Notes under the pieces: model-generated
What the model saw: only the letters and a program-made list of their open reading frames with translations
Told to the model about the DNA's origin: nothing
The model's database searches: none
Translations under genes and position numbers: made by a program
Origin: Phoronis australis
Taxonomy: Eukaryota; Animalia; Phoronida
Assembly (NCBI GenBank): GCA_002633005.1
Contig: NMRA01000305.1
Span: 280,195-344,112 of the forward strand
DNA length: 63,918 nt
Direction of reading: 5' to 3'
Shown: piece by piece, positions 51,501 through 63,918 of the stretch
Numbering within the stretch: position 1 is the first letter of the stretch
Layout: the number at the start of each line of letters is the position of its first letter

Positions 51501-54500
51501 TGTATGGATTTGTCTCTTGAGCGAGCCTTCTCGTGGAACAACTGTGAACTCTCCGGGTCACACATGTCATCACATGTGCCCTGCATGACGAGGAAAGGCA
51601 CCTCGAAACGGTGAGCGTTCGACATGACGTGCTTCTGAGCATCCATCATCTCTACGGCAAACCTACAATTGAAGTGAAAAGCTTGTGAACAGTTTCTAGT
51701 GTAAAGTACTGTTAATAACCTTGATTGAACAACTCACAAACAGCTCATAGAGTAAAGATCTATTTGCAAATTAAAGTGAACAGCTCATGAACAGTTCATA
51801 AAGTAAAGTATTGTTCGTAAATTAAAGTCAACATCTCATGAACAGTTGTCACAGTAAGGCACTCTTAATAAATTAAAGTGAATAGCTCATGGACCTAAAG
51901 TAAAGAACTGTTCGTAAATTAAAGTGAACAACTTGTGAAAAGTTCACAGTCAGAGTTAAGTCCTAATAAAAAATTAAAAATGAACAGCTCATGAACAGTT
52001 TATAGAGTAAAGTACTGTTAATAAATTAAATTGAACAGTTCATGAACAGTTCATACAGTAAAGTACTATTCATAAATTAAAGTGATCAACTAATAAACAG
52101 TTCAATAGCCTAACAGAATAGAACACAATACCATAACAGAATGGTCACTTCAAATCGCGGTGCACGACACAGAACCCATCAACTAACAACTATCTAGCAC
52201 AACTCCAGCCTGTATGCTTCAACATTCTATTGACCGATCTCTGTCGTCTTACCTGGCTTTTATACCGTCTAAAGCCATCAGCTGATCTGTTTCATACCTG
52301 CTTACCTGCAAACAATTACGGACTGGTTGTTACTAAATAGAAACTCCTCAATAGATGGCACGTGTTGAGATTATTTAACGACATGCTCACAAAATTAAAG
52401 TCAACGCTGTTAACAATTCTAAGCAATGTCAGTTTGTTACGAGAAACATGCAACAGAGTTTCAACTCCATGCTCAGAGTTCTACAGGAAAAGCAAAATTT
52501 CATCAAAAATTCTCCAGTTTGGGACATTTTCTAAGCTTCGGGACACTGAATTTTTTAAGAAGAAATTGATTTAATTTTGAAGATTGGGACATGATGCTTT
52601 GGCATTTATAATAATACCCTAATCTCAAACATAGTGTTTTGCATCAACAGAAAAAGTCACTGACCAAACGTTTTCACGCATAGTCATAGTGTACAACATC
52701 AATGTGAATGATTATTCGTTGATCGAATTTTGAATGGCCTATATTTTTTTTTCAAAGTTTGGAACAAGCTGACCTTGAGCAAAGGATAATTTTCACTGTT
52801 CCAAACTGGAAGAGTTACCATGACAACAAACAACCACAAGGGTTCATTTCCACACTGTCGCAAACTTCATGAGGAATACAGATAAGAGTGCCACCTGGGA
52901 ATCATTAAACGGATGCTGATCTTTTTATGAATTGCATCAAAAAACATTTAATGCGTGAATTAGTTAAAAATCAAAAGTCACAAGCGTAAGGCTTTTAAAT
53001 ACTATTTGTAAAGATAGTGCCATAAAAACTGAGGTCACACTTCACCTTTGACCTGCCAGTGACATTTAACCTTTGACCTACCAACAATAAGTATTACACA
53101 ATACGTGCCACATCTCACTGTTCACAAATGCCCTTAGGACTGGGCTTACTTACAATTTCAGGGTTTCTACTAATATGCTTGTAGTCCAGATGTCCCAGAA
53201 CAAGCTGTGGGGCTACAGAGGCCACCATCCTAGCCAGTAATCGCTGGAAGAACAAGACACTACCTGTTGGAGGCATATTGAGATAGCACAAGTTCTCTAA
53301 CTATGGTAAAAATTCTTCAGTTTCGAACAAAATATGGCAGACAGACGAAATTTCATTTTGTCAAATTTCTCAACAAAAATAGCTTTTCAGGAAAATTTAA
53401 TTTTGTTTTAGCATGGTTTGTATGGCGTAGTTATTACCAAACAATTGATAAAATTTTGACCATTCGTAACAATGTGATAAGTCTCTAAAAAATAGAAATA
53501 TGGGAAATTTAATAATCATTTTCATCAAATCGAAGAATTTTTCGCCTTCCATCTTGTACATTCTGTAAAGAAACTTCACATCCTCACACAAATGCAAACC
53601 TCAATCACAGCATTTTTATCATGAAAATTGCTCCAAACCTAGTACACCCGACTAGCCCCTAACCAAATGAAAAAAAACAAGAATTAAAAATCTGGTACCA
53701 GTCACTTACAGGGGTGCCACATTTTGAGGAGCTGTTTTCACCGCAGAATAACATTAAACTGATCGTATAAATCTTACTTAGTTATTAGTAAATAAGTATA
53801 TGTTAAAACAACCCAGTCTACATATGTTCTGTTTTAAGAAGTTCAATCTCAGTAATTAGCCTGATTGTCCCTTGCAGACAGCGCCCCCTAAGAGCGAAAT
53901 TTTAATCTAAACATTCTTGCTTCAATCAGGGCTCGTTCTCCTGCAAGACAACACTTATTTCACACAAAAATAACTGCACAAATTGTTAGTTACAAAAAAG
54001 AGACTATTTTACAGCAAATAATGGAAAATTTGCCAGAAAAGTTGTTTAATCTATGACATCTACACAGTACAAAGGATGTTAGTAATGGACTTGAAATTTT
54101 CTTAACCTTCATTTTTATGGAGAAATTTGCCAAAAGAAAATTTAACATGTTGGCCTTGTTGCGTGCTAGAGAAGTGAAGAATACATTCAGGAGTTTGGTA
54201 TTCAAAATCCTTAGGGGTAATAAAACAATTATCTTCTTGTCCAGGCCACAGATCCTTTGTTAAGCTGTGATTATTTATGAAGGCCAACTGGAACAGTTTT
54301 TTTTGTCTAAGTACAACATATAAAAAGAAATACTATCACTGGCCTTGAATGTCAATTTCAAAATGCCTACTGCGTGCGAACAACACCCATGCCGTGAATA
54401 ATTTGCTTACAAGGAACACGCATTTCTAAAAATATGCGGGAATTTTCACCAGTGGTCATTCAACCGTGTTGTGACGCAGTTTTGATGACCGCATTGTCTA

Positions 54501-57500
54501 GAGCGAGCAAGACCCAGTTAAGACTAAATAAACGGACCATAAACTGTATAGTACACAGCTCTGCCTGTACATACTGGCGAATTTTCAAATTGCATTAACC
54601 AATAATTTTCGTTAAAAATAAATGTTACAGTGGTATTCAGCAAGCAAAAACAACACAGTTCGAATTTCGAATTTTAAATGTCCGTGAACTAATACGCTAA
54701 AATCTACAAAAACTGATTACTGGTTGATTCCGAAGATAAACGACCATGCGTACTAATATACTTGGAAGAATTACAAACACTTATCATGATTAACAATATT
54801 TTTAGTATACAACTGAAACTACACAGAAACAACACACGACAGTGGTGGATCCAGGATTTTGAATTAGGGGGGGGCAGGGCAGAGTATTAGCCAGGATTTT
54901 GAGTTGGGAGAGCCAGGTCAGAGTATTAGCCAGGATTTTGTCCGTCAGACATTCGCACCACTGTATTGCAAAATGGAATCTAGGAAAATTTTAGAAGGGC
55001 ATGGCCCCCTTGTCCCCCCCCCNCCCCCCTTAAATTCACAAAGACCAAATTAAGTGTCAATAGCCGGACTTATCGCCCAGTCATGTCGAAGTTATCAGTA
55101 GAGGTAGCGGCAACAATATATAACCAACAGACTCGCCAAAGTTGTTCTTTGTTCATTGTAGCGTAACCAATATGCTCTCAACAAATGGATATAAATAAAT
55201 AAAAGGAAACAATTTTCAGTTAGCCTCGAACCCACTACTCAATATTCGTTTGAGAGCACGAGAGTGAACTGCATCGTTTGTTGTCATAGCGATAATTTCG
55301 ATATCGCTGTTAAGTGGCAAAGGTAAGCGAAGTGAACCGCAATTCCCCAAATGGGAAAGCGACCCGAGGGCGAAGGGAATCTAAGGGTGACTAGTGTAAG
55401 CCAGAAATTCTCCATACGCCCATGACTTACAACTTTGCGCAAAATCCCAAGCCACTATGCAGAACAGTTACCTTCTCCAAGACCGAAATGTACCGTATAT
55501 TGCATGAGTAGCATGTTGTCTCTAGATTACGATACGGAAATTATGATACAGATAAATTTAACATAGCCGTTCCGGCAATTGTGATTTACGTTTTAATTGG
55601 TTCACACGCAGGCTGTCATTCAGTGCCACCAGTTGCTGGCTATAAAAATCAAGTCTCCTTCAGAGACTCAACCGAGTTCCCCATATCCTCTGCACGTTCG
55701 TGTTTTTGTTTACGCAGAAACGTTAAATTTTTCTACTACTTTATCTTATTATGAGCTTCTTTTTACTTTCGGCATTTTTCTGTTGACCTTAGTGCTTAAA
55801 TCAGGGACATTGCACCCAAAGGTCCTTGTTTATTTTAATAAATATTGAAAATTCAATGCAGAGCTTTCTCTCGGTGTTTATCAAAGCTAAAAACTAAAAC
55901 AACATTAGAATAGACAATTAGTGTTTGTACAAGTCCAAAAATGAGGTCAAAAGTTAATGAACAAAGTTGAATCCCTATTGGAACTATTTCACAATCACTT
56001 TTTGAACAAAATTTGGGCACATTATATCCAACCATTACCTTAAGGAACGCAGTTGAGTCCCTCCCTATTTGGTACTGAACAATCACAAATCAAATTATGT
56101 TCGAAAAGCAAATACAACGCATTGCCTGACGAAGATTTTCCCGAAAGAGAGCAGCTCACATGTTAACATTCAGTGTTAAGCTGTCTAGTACGATAACAGT
56201 AAATACCACCAAACAGGCTATCTCAATACACACAAAGTCAGTTCGGCCAATCAGACGACTCACCTTGCATGTACCTCCCACTTTGGGGTTGGTTGTTAAC
56301 GCTGGTGCTATAAGGACAACACCAGTGAACAGTTCCACTCTCACTTGAGCTGCCATGGTTGACACTAACCCTCCCTGAAAATACAGGGCATAGTCTCGGT
56401 AAAATACTGTGGTGTGAAATAAAATCAATTATCGGCCAAGTTGCACACCTGTCCCGTACCAGGGGACGCGAACCCAGGACCTTCTGCTAACCGTGCAGAT
56501 GCTCTTACCACTCAAGCCATGGTCAAACACAGAAACCAATCAGCATACGTTCTCACGAATTTATGGGCAGGATGCCAACTGCTAAGTCTGATTGTATTTC
56601 TTTCTTTGACCGCTGGTCCGATGGCTCAGTGGTTAGAGCGTCTGCATGGTTAGCATGGTCCTGGCCGGGTTGGAATCAATATCAGGGGGAGAAATCTTTT
56701 CAGATTTATGTTCATTAGGACATGTGATGTGGCCAACAGATGGCGTGCAGACTACACTTAAAATGTTTGTGACATTATAATTGGGCTTACCACACAAGTC
56801 CTAAGACCTGCATATAAATAGTAAGTCTGGTTGAACTATGTCATTTGTCTTGTTTAGGACATGACATTCTCGACAAGTGCCGTGAAATTTTGTTTTCTCA
56901 AATTTCTTAACATAACATCACTAATGAGAAAATTCTACTTCATTCATTCACATTTGACAAATCTTGAACATCTGCAAAAATGCGATAGCTTTCTGAAAAA
57001 TTGTAAAACATCAATTTCAGTAATAGCTTTCCTTAAATTCAACAAGTCGTGTGTTCCGTAGAGGCAAGAACCTTGTGAAAATGCAAGAACACGCAAGACT
57101 TTGTGAGATATTTCCGCATATTATATGCAAATTATGTGATCACACTAGCACCCTTGGCGAGATTCTTACATCTACGGAACACTACCCAGATGTAAGGCAA
57201 ATCTGTGTAGGAACAAGGATGACTAACCATTGAGTGTCCAACTAAGAAGATGGGTAGTCCTGGGTATTCTTTCTTCATCAGGTCAGTGTGTAGTAGTACA
57301 TCTCTAGCGAAGACGGAGAAGTCATCAATATGGACACGATCACCCTGTGATTGACCGTGGCCCACTGGGACAAAACAACAACAGCGGTGAAGCAGGGGAG
57401 ATAATGCAGGAGACAGGGTCAACTACATTGAGAAATTATACAACCTTCACTCGGGGTGGAGAAAAGGAGTGCTGATGAGGTGAAGGGTTACAGGCCACAA

Positions 57501-60500
57501 AGCCACACAACAGTAACATAAGCAAAAAGACAACATTCACTGAAATAATTAAAGCAGGGTTTGTTTTTACAAGAAAAGCTGAGCTCTAATAGAAGGTCCG
57601 AAATTTTTGATCGGTTTGTCATTTCGTAAATTATCCACCCTTTTAGAAAGCTAGTATGATGAAAACCCCATGACTAAAAGAAATTAATCCATTTGCTGGT
57701 AGCTTTTGTGAAGATATCACTCTTCGGTAGATTTTCCCATGAACAATCCCTAATTTGTAAGGACTTTAAATTTGCAGGCTTACACATATAATGCAAATTA
57801 CGTAAAGCATGAACCCTCTGAGCGGATTAAAGAAATTCGGAAAATTTAGAAATAACCTCAACAAGAGCTCTTTTGTGCATACAACAAATGGTCATGAACA
57901 AGTTACATGCTTGAGCAACATATGTGCCCCCATGATTGTCTATGAGAAATTGGGTGTACCCCCGGAATAGAAGATGAGGGTTAGGTAAGCTCAGGGTCTC
58001 TAATAAAGGCTGAGTTGTGACATAACACATTCCATTTGCTTGGTCAACTACCACAAGTCAGTAAAATACTTTAGCTTGTCCTTATTTTGGCTTAATTATT
58101 CAGGGTTCTGACATGGTGCTAATCTGTGGGTCAAGTTTTCAGTACTTAACTTAATGGGCAGCGAAAAGGTTCAAAATAGATAATTCTGTCAAAGGAACTA
58201 GTTAGTTTTCAAACAGACTAGTTATTTGGTTCAGTTTTGGCAAACAGACAGGTTATCTAGTTAAACTTTGACAAACAGACAGGTTATTTAGCGGGGATCC
58301 AGTCCGTCATTGAGACTCCGTGACGTCATTCGTTTTCAAGTGGCGCCCTCTTTTCGTTTGCCGTGCTTGTCTTGTTCGTTTAACAGCTGACTTGTCTGTT
58401 CCACAGCTGACTTAATTATTTGAAAGTTGAGCCTACCAGGTTACTTGTCTGTTTGGTAACCTACTTAATAATCACTTGCCAACTTACATGTTTGTTCAAC
58501 AGGCACTTGTTTATCCCACAGAATCTGCAAAGTTGTCTTGTCTGTTTGGAAAACTATAGCATTCTTGACTTGTTCATTTGAGGAGAACCACTTGTCTGTT
58601 TAGTAAATTACTTGTCTGTTTGACAAACAAATTTTGTTTATTTGGCAGTGTTGTCTATTTTGAACCTTTTGGCTGTCCATACTTAACCTCCTTTCAGATA
58701 ATCACTGAAACAACTATAGTTTCACTTTCACCTGCTCAACATAACACTATAATGGCACTTTTACACCAAAAGAATAAAAATTAAATTCCATCACAACATT
58801 ATTTCAATCAATCTATTGCCTTAGAATGCAGACCAAACTCATGCATAGGGTTCAGGATATAAACTGAAACATGGCTCTGAGCTTTTCAAACATGGACCTC
58901 AAGATATCCAAACATGGTGCATGGTGTACAACACCTGTCAGTACATGTTGAGAAAAACAAACCTGGCTTTCTGATTAACATAAAATATGAAACACAACTG
59001 ATATTACAATAACGCATCCCTTTCTAACAGCTGCCATTGAAAGTTTCACCGTACCCTTCTAGTTAGAATTTCGTACGAACATCTAATACCGTAAAATCTT
59101 ACCACTTTAGTTCACAATATGGTGGACAAGCGCATTTTTTCATATTTTCGTCAACGATAACTATAGCACAAAATGAAGGCTTTTTTAAATGTCCATTTTA
59201 ACTTGTATCTATCATAGCACAGTAGCTACCCCAGCAGCCAGCTAGCAGCATGAAGACCAACATCTCAGCCAGCTAGCAGCATGAAGACCAACATCTATAT
59301 ACCGGTAGTTAATACACAGTTTTCACCAGGGCTAATACCACAGCTGCCATCAGACAATTTACCGAGAAACTGTAGGTGTTCACAAGCCTTTGAAAAATGA
59401 AAAAGGTCAATTTCGGCAATTATTTCTGTACGAAATTTAGAAGATTTTACCAAACTTTCCTACGTCAGTACCATTGGCTTTGGAAAGTTGATCGTGAACA
59501 AGTTTGCTAATTGCGCAATGATAATCAGTTTGCTACTGAACCTGTGGCCAAGAACTGGTGCTATCTCTTATTCAGGTAATAAACGGTGTAATTAATCTAT
59601 TCATAGCATGCAGGTCCATATCTCCTACTAATTGGGGATCCAGCATTCTACCTGCATTTCGAACAACGTAAAGTCACCCTTGGCACATCGGCTCTTGGAA
59701 TAGTTTTCTGTTGCCAGCACATTTATTATGACAGTCACTAAATGTACAAAATTCACACCAAGCTTTTGATTGGTTCATTAACTATAGGTCCATGTCATCT
59801 CAACAGGGTTTTGCTTGAGAAAGTCGTGCGGCCAAACTCCCATAACAGGACAGCCGAGGGAAAATGCGCGGCCATGCAAGATAAAATATAAAATAGTAAA
59901 ACTAGTAAAAATAAAACGACAAGCGTCGGTACTAAAATATTAAAATATTACCCACAATATTGTTCATGCTGTCTACTATATACCACCATGCGGTCTCCTG
60001 TGCAATTTTATTTATATCCATCTGCATGTATTCGGCAGTCAGTATCATACCCTTGACAAAGAGTGCATCGCTCAAAACGTGGGAATATTTCAAAATATTT
60101 TAGTACCAACGCTCGTTTTATTATTACTAGTTTAATTATTTTATATTTAAAGATAAAATATAGAGATCGATATCGACATATAACGAAAAACGCAATAACT
60201 GAAGAGGATCCAAACGGATATGGAAAGATAAAATTAACAGTAAAGAAAAAATGAACACTCATCTTTTTTGCTCACCTGTTCCTGATTTTCGGGTTTTTCA
60301 AATGTAACGCACTAGGCAGTATCCCTGATACATACAGTTGCTGTTAGCCCAGGATATACAAACATGATTATCTCCCCTTAAATGCAGGCATCCTTTTGAC
60401 TATCGTGCATTTAACCATATACAGACAACAGGATGCTACCCTATGGTAATTACGCCTATTAACAGTGCCCGAACCACAGTTGGTACTTCACATAGCCTTT

Positions 60501-60647
60501 TGCGAACAGTACATACCAAGGATTTTAATCTCAAACATACCATGATCATGGCCAAAGCAGTGGAAGCCCAGTTCAGTAAGAGGTTCCGCGATGACATCAT
60601 AGACCAAGATATGCTCTGCATAGCCATGCACAAGCTGCACCAGAGCG
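48515..60647 (-). CDS. MGLL: Monoglyceride lipase-like alpha/beta hydrolase (5'-partial; first coding exon not identified)
   Basis: Exons 60541-60647, 57228-57364, 56264-56374, 53154-53243, 52253-52305, 51500-51662, 48515-48631; phases consistent. Motifs [19 protein letters not shown], nucleophile GHSMGG, acid in QGTCDDMC, His in [11 protein letters not shown]. Confidence 0.88.
49440..49590. repeat. Perfect 37-bp tandem repeat, 4 copies
   Basis: Unit CACATGCTCCACACTATATACACTTAGTACTAAATCT. Confidence 0.95.
51668..52105. repeat. About 51-bp AT-rich minisatellite, about 9 units
   Basis: Unit approximately AAATTAAAGTGAACAGCTCATGAACAGTTCATAGAGTAAAGTACTGTTCGT; TTAAAGT at 51771, 51822, 51873. Confidence 0.85.
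56613..56778 (+). mobile_element. tRNA-derived SINE, family B
   Basis: A box TGGCTCAGTGG; body CATGTGATGTGGCCAACAGATGGCGTG shared with the minus-strand copy at 19382-19521 and a fragment near 20581-20614. Confidence 0.65.
58153..58681. mobile_element. Foldback/MITE-like element with long TIRs and internal subrepeats
   Basis: ATGGGCAGCGAAAAGGTTCAAAATAGA at left, TCTATTTTGAACCTTTTGGCTGTCCAT at right; AAACAGAC subrepeats on the left mirrored by CTTGTCTGTTT on the right. Confidence 0.65.
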
Positions 60648-61114
60648 CTGCAAAAATATTGAACAATGATATAAGAATTATTAATCTTCATACAAGTCAT
60701 ATATTGGTCACATCACGTGACCTAAACGTCTGAACAGATTTGTGTTCCGACTGGGGTCATTCATACCCTGGACATGCAGTCTGTTAACCGCACAAATGCT
60801 GAGTTAGTCCACAGAGCTATTGTGACCCCCAGTCGATTGCTGAAATACAGACTTAATACTAGGAACCACAGACCTACTAAGATATCAGCATGTTGATATC
60901 ATATCAGCATAGAATTATCGACTTCATACAACATGCCAAATGACCTGAGTCTGGATTTCTGTAATCAACCAGTGGTCCCTATAGCTCACAGCTGGACTAG
61001 AGACTACATGGTTAGCAGACAGTCACTGCTTCAAATCCTGGTCAGCACACAGATCTTTCAAGAACTAAATTTGGCACATCGACAACACGTGACCAACATA
61101 TGGCACATAAGAAC

Positions 61115-61259
61115 ATGGGCGGCATACCATAGGGGGCTAGGGGAGCTATAGCCTCCCCCTTATGTCAGTGCTATGCCGCACATGGTCTATAGGCGGTGCA
61201 CCACAGGTTGTCTGAGGGGGCTTTAGCCCCCCACTTTTATCAGTGCTGCGCCACCCATG
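61115..61259. mobile_element. Short MITE-like element
   Basis: Inverted ends CATGGGCGGCA and TGCGCCACCCATG with internal GGGGGCT/AGCCCCC motifs. Confidence 0.45.
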
Positions 61260-63918
61260 AATAAGGCTATTAATTCTTACCCAAACGCTGATCTCTAACA
61301 ACACAGTTAATGAAAAATTAAGTTTCATTGTTATCATAATTAATACCAGCAGAAGTCTTAGTTATGAAAAATAACACCATTGTCAATTACCTATCTGACA
61401 GTTCTGAAGGCAAACAGAGGTTCTCAGTTTTATATAACTGCAGGGCTAATAATCATTCAGCAAAAAACGACTGATGGCGATACAATAGTGAAATACTTTC
61501 AGCCAAATGACAGAGTTAGCCTACTGAAGATAACCTTCTATAGTTATATGCTGTAGCAGCTGTGTGTAATCAGGTCAATACATTCCTATTGAAGGTTATT
61601 GCGCATAGGATATCCAGACCACCATCCTTTTTCTAAATTAACTCTATGAACGAGCGATCAAGTTTGTGTTTGTATGTAAACATAAAGGTGTGAATTTTTA
61701 TTGACGCAATATATTAATATTGGAACGATAAACTACTCGTGCAGATTGGTGAAATGTAATTTCTCCAAGTATTTTGCTTTGAAATAAAACTGTTTCATGT
61801 TTGCACACTACAGATTGCAATTCTTTTCGGATCAACGTGAAATTTACAAACAATATGAGTCTCATGAAATGCTCGAAGCCAACTGTTTTTTGTTGAAATC
61901 TGATACAAGATGGTGCTGTAGCGATCATTTTTTTATTTTTTCATTTGCGGAGCCGTAGCTCCACTGTTTGTGGTCAGAATGTTCTTTCTGAAGATATATC
62001 ATACCATATCATTGCAAATGTCTCATTTGTTCTTCTCTACTACTTACTGTTCTCGATCGAGTTATTCAAAATTTTCCGAGGACTGGTCTCCAAATAACTG
62101 AGTTTTTGTGCCGTATCTTTGGCGTCCCTACACGGATCTGTATGAAATTGGGTATGCAGATAGACCTTTCAACACTATCAGTATGTGAAAGCTGTTACTT
62201 GCTACAACTTACCATTCTTGTGATGATATGAGATTTACTGCTTAGATGACTGCTCTTTTGTTGACTAGCTAATTACAGCTGCAATATGCTAGCCAATCAT
62301 ATTTGAGCTAGAGATCGCATTTTTCGTGTGATCGACTTAAAATTTACGTACAATGTTTACCTAGTCAATAGCCCGAGGACTGCTATTCTTGGGCGAAATT
62401 GTATGTAAAGTGACAGCCATTTTTCGAATTATGTTTGCGATCCTTTTCAAATTTGGTGAATAAATCTCCTGTGTCATTATTGTTAATTTTCTAGCTTGGT
62501 TTCATCGTTGATTTCACCTTTAACTGTTTCATTTCTTTCACAAAAATATTGCTTTTCAGAGCGCTTTCATAAATTTGTTCCCATGTTCTGATGTCGAGTG
62601 TATAGATAGCGGGACATTTATTCAGAAAATTTGCTCTTAAAAGCCCATTAAGCATCAACGTTTAGTCACAAGGTTTTCTAACTTGACACAAGTAAGCCAA
62701 ACTCATCACTACAAAATTCAAACTCGATGCAGTGACAAGTGATAACAGGTTGCGCAGAACACTACAAGCAAGTACCGCACTCGTCTTTGTTACTGCCCCG
62801 GGGGCACTTAAATTGGGGATTTAAGAAACAGGGAGTGGGAGGTAAGCCAAGCATGGGCGGTATAACCCGGACGAGTACAGTAATATACAGCCGGTGTCGA
62901 ACAGTAAATTTGCAATGGGGAATGCACTCAGTACTGCATATATGCAATTCCTAAAAAATGAAATATGCAACTTTTGAATGAACGGCAAAGATTGTTCTGA
63001 TATAACAGCTATGAAACTGGGTAGCACCGGGAGGTATATCCCATCCGGGGGTTGCTCCTGGTCTCACTCAAGTGCACGGCAGAAAATAATCTCGACTCCT
63101 AGGGATAACAAATATTTTTTAAACACTCCAGGCTTGAGGTAAAGCCAGAAGAGATGTTATGTTCTCAAAATAAGTACACTTTTTGCAGTAAAAGTTTTCA
63201 AATACAGACAGCATTTATAGATGTCCCAAATACCGTTTCACTCGAGACGGCCAACATGCAATTCTTCGGAAAATTAACAATTCCAGCATAACTTTTCAAG
63301 GTGAATTTAATTTCGAAAGTCAAACAGATCAAAACATCACCAGTTTTAGTCAACGGTAGTTTAATTTATTTCAGCTGGCATTTTATTGCCCTGACGTCAT
63401 CGCTGATACGGTAATTCAGTTGCTCCCGCTCCACGTGTGCATTCGGTCTACAACGATCTGTGTTTAAATGTATTGACACACACACAGTTGTGGCAAAGTC
63501 GAAATTTCTAATGTTTTGTTGATTTTTGGAGAACTTTGTAAATTAGCTTTTTATCTATGTATGATTGTAGCTCAGGACACCCCAAATTTTTATGTGAACT
63601 TTCGAACTCCCATGTGTAAACACTTTTATATGAAATCAGGAAAGGCAACTAAGGTAATTTCTTGGAAAAAGGCACCTACCTTTTCGTAGAGAAGCTGATA
63701 GTGAAAGTTGTAGTGAAAGTGCTTCCGGTGAATCATATACGGTAAAGTCGCATGATTTTCGGACACTGAAAATTAATTCCAATAGAAAAAAATCATTCTT
63801 GGACGAATCTCGCGAAATATCATTTTGTGGTGTCCGAATTTGGCGGACCTCCAAATTTGGGTTTCCGCTAGTGTCCGAATTTCGTGGGTGTACATTATTT
63901 CGATGAGCGGTCGTGGTA

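Noticed and set aside
59235-59296. 31-bp tandem duplication (and a 22-bp direct repeat near 54880-54940)
   Set aside because: Ordinary short local duplications with no further structure.
60767-60839. Candidate upstream MGLL exon (NRLGVTIALW...)
   Set aside because: Splice signals are plausible but its open frame ends in phase 0 while the next exon needs phase 2; candidates near 61390, 62048-62137 and 63680 also failed on frame or similarity.

Overview
Eukaryotic, intron-rich genomic DNA from a bilaterian invertebrate (possibly a mollusc or other lophotrochozoan; taxon not established). The supplied ORF track is mostly intronic noise. Manual GT-AG splicing with phase checks gives four genes: POC1 (WD40 centriolar protein, +, 13 exons), TBC1D22 (Rab-GAP, -, 12 exons), ATP synthase F1 gamma (+, 7 coding exons, head-to-head with TBC1D22, ATGs about 410 bp apart) and a monoglyceride-lipase-like hydrolase (-, 7 exons found, 5' end unresolved). 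Introns hold tRNA-derived SINEs, several MITE families, three Helentron-associated (HINE-like) elements, a degenerate LTR element, minisatellites and one N gap. Best leads: (1) the HINE-like elements carry trimeric tandem arrays with a CTCF-consensus motif in every monomer; (2) the LTR remnant keeps a correctly phased T TTA AAC -1 frameshift site leading from gag into a 251-aa ORF with no pol motifs; (3) a candidate second promoter and two exons in ATP-gamma intron 1 would splice in frame to give an alternative presequence. All are predictions from sequence alone.
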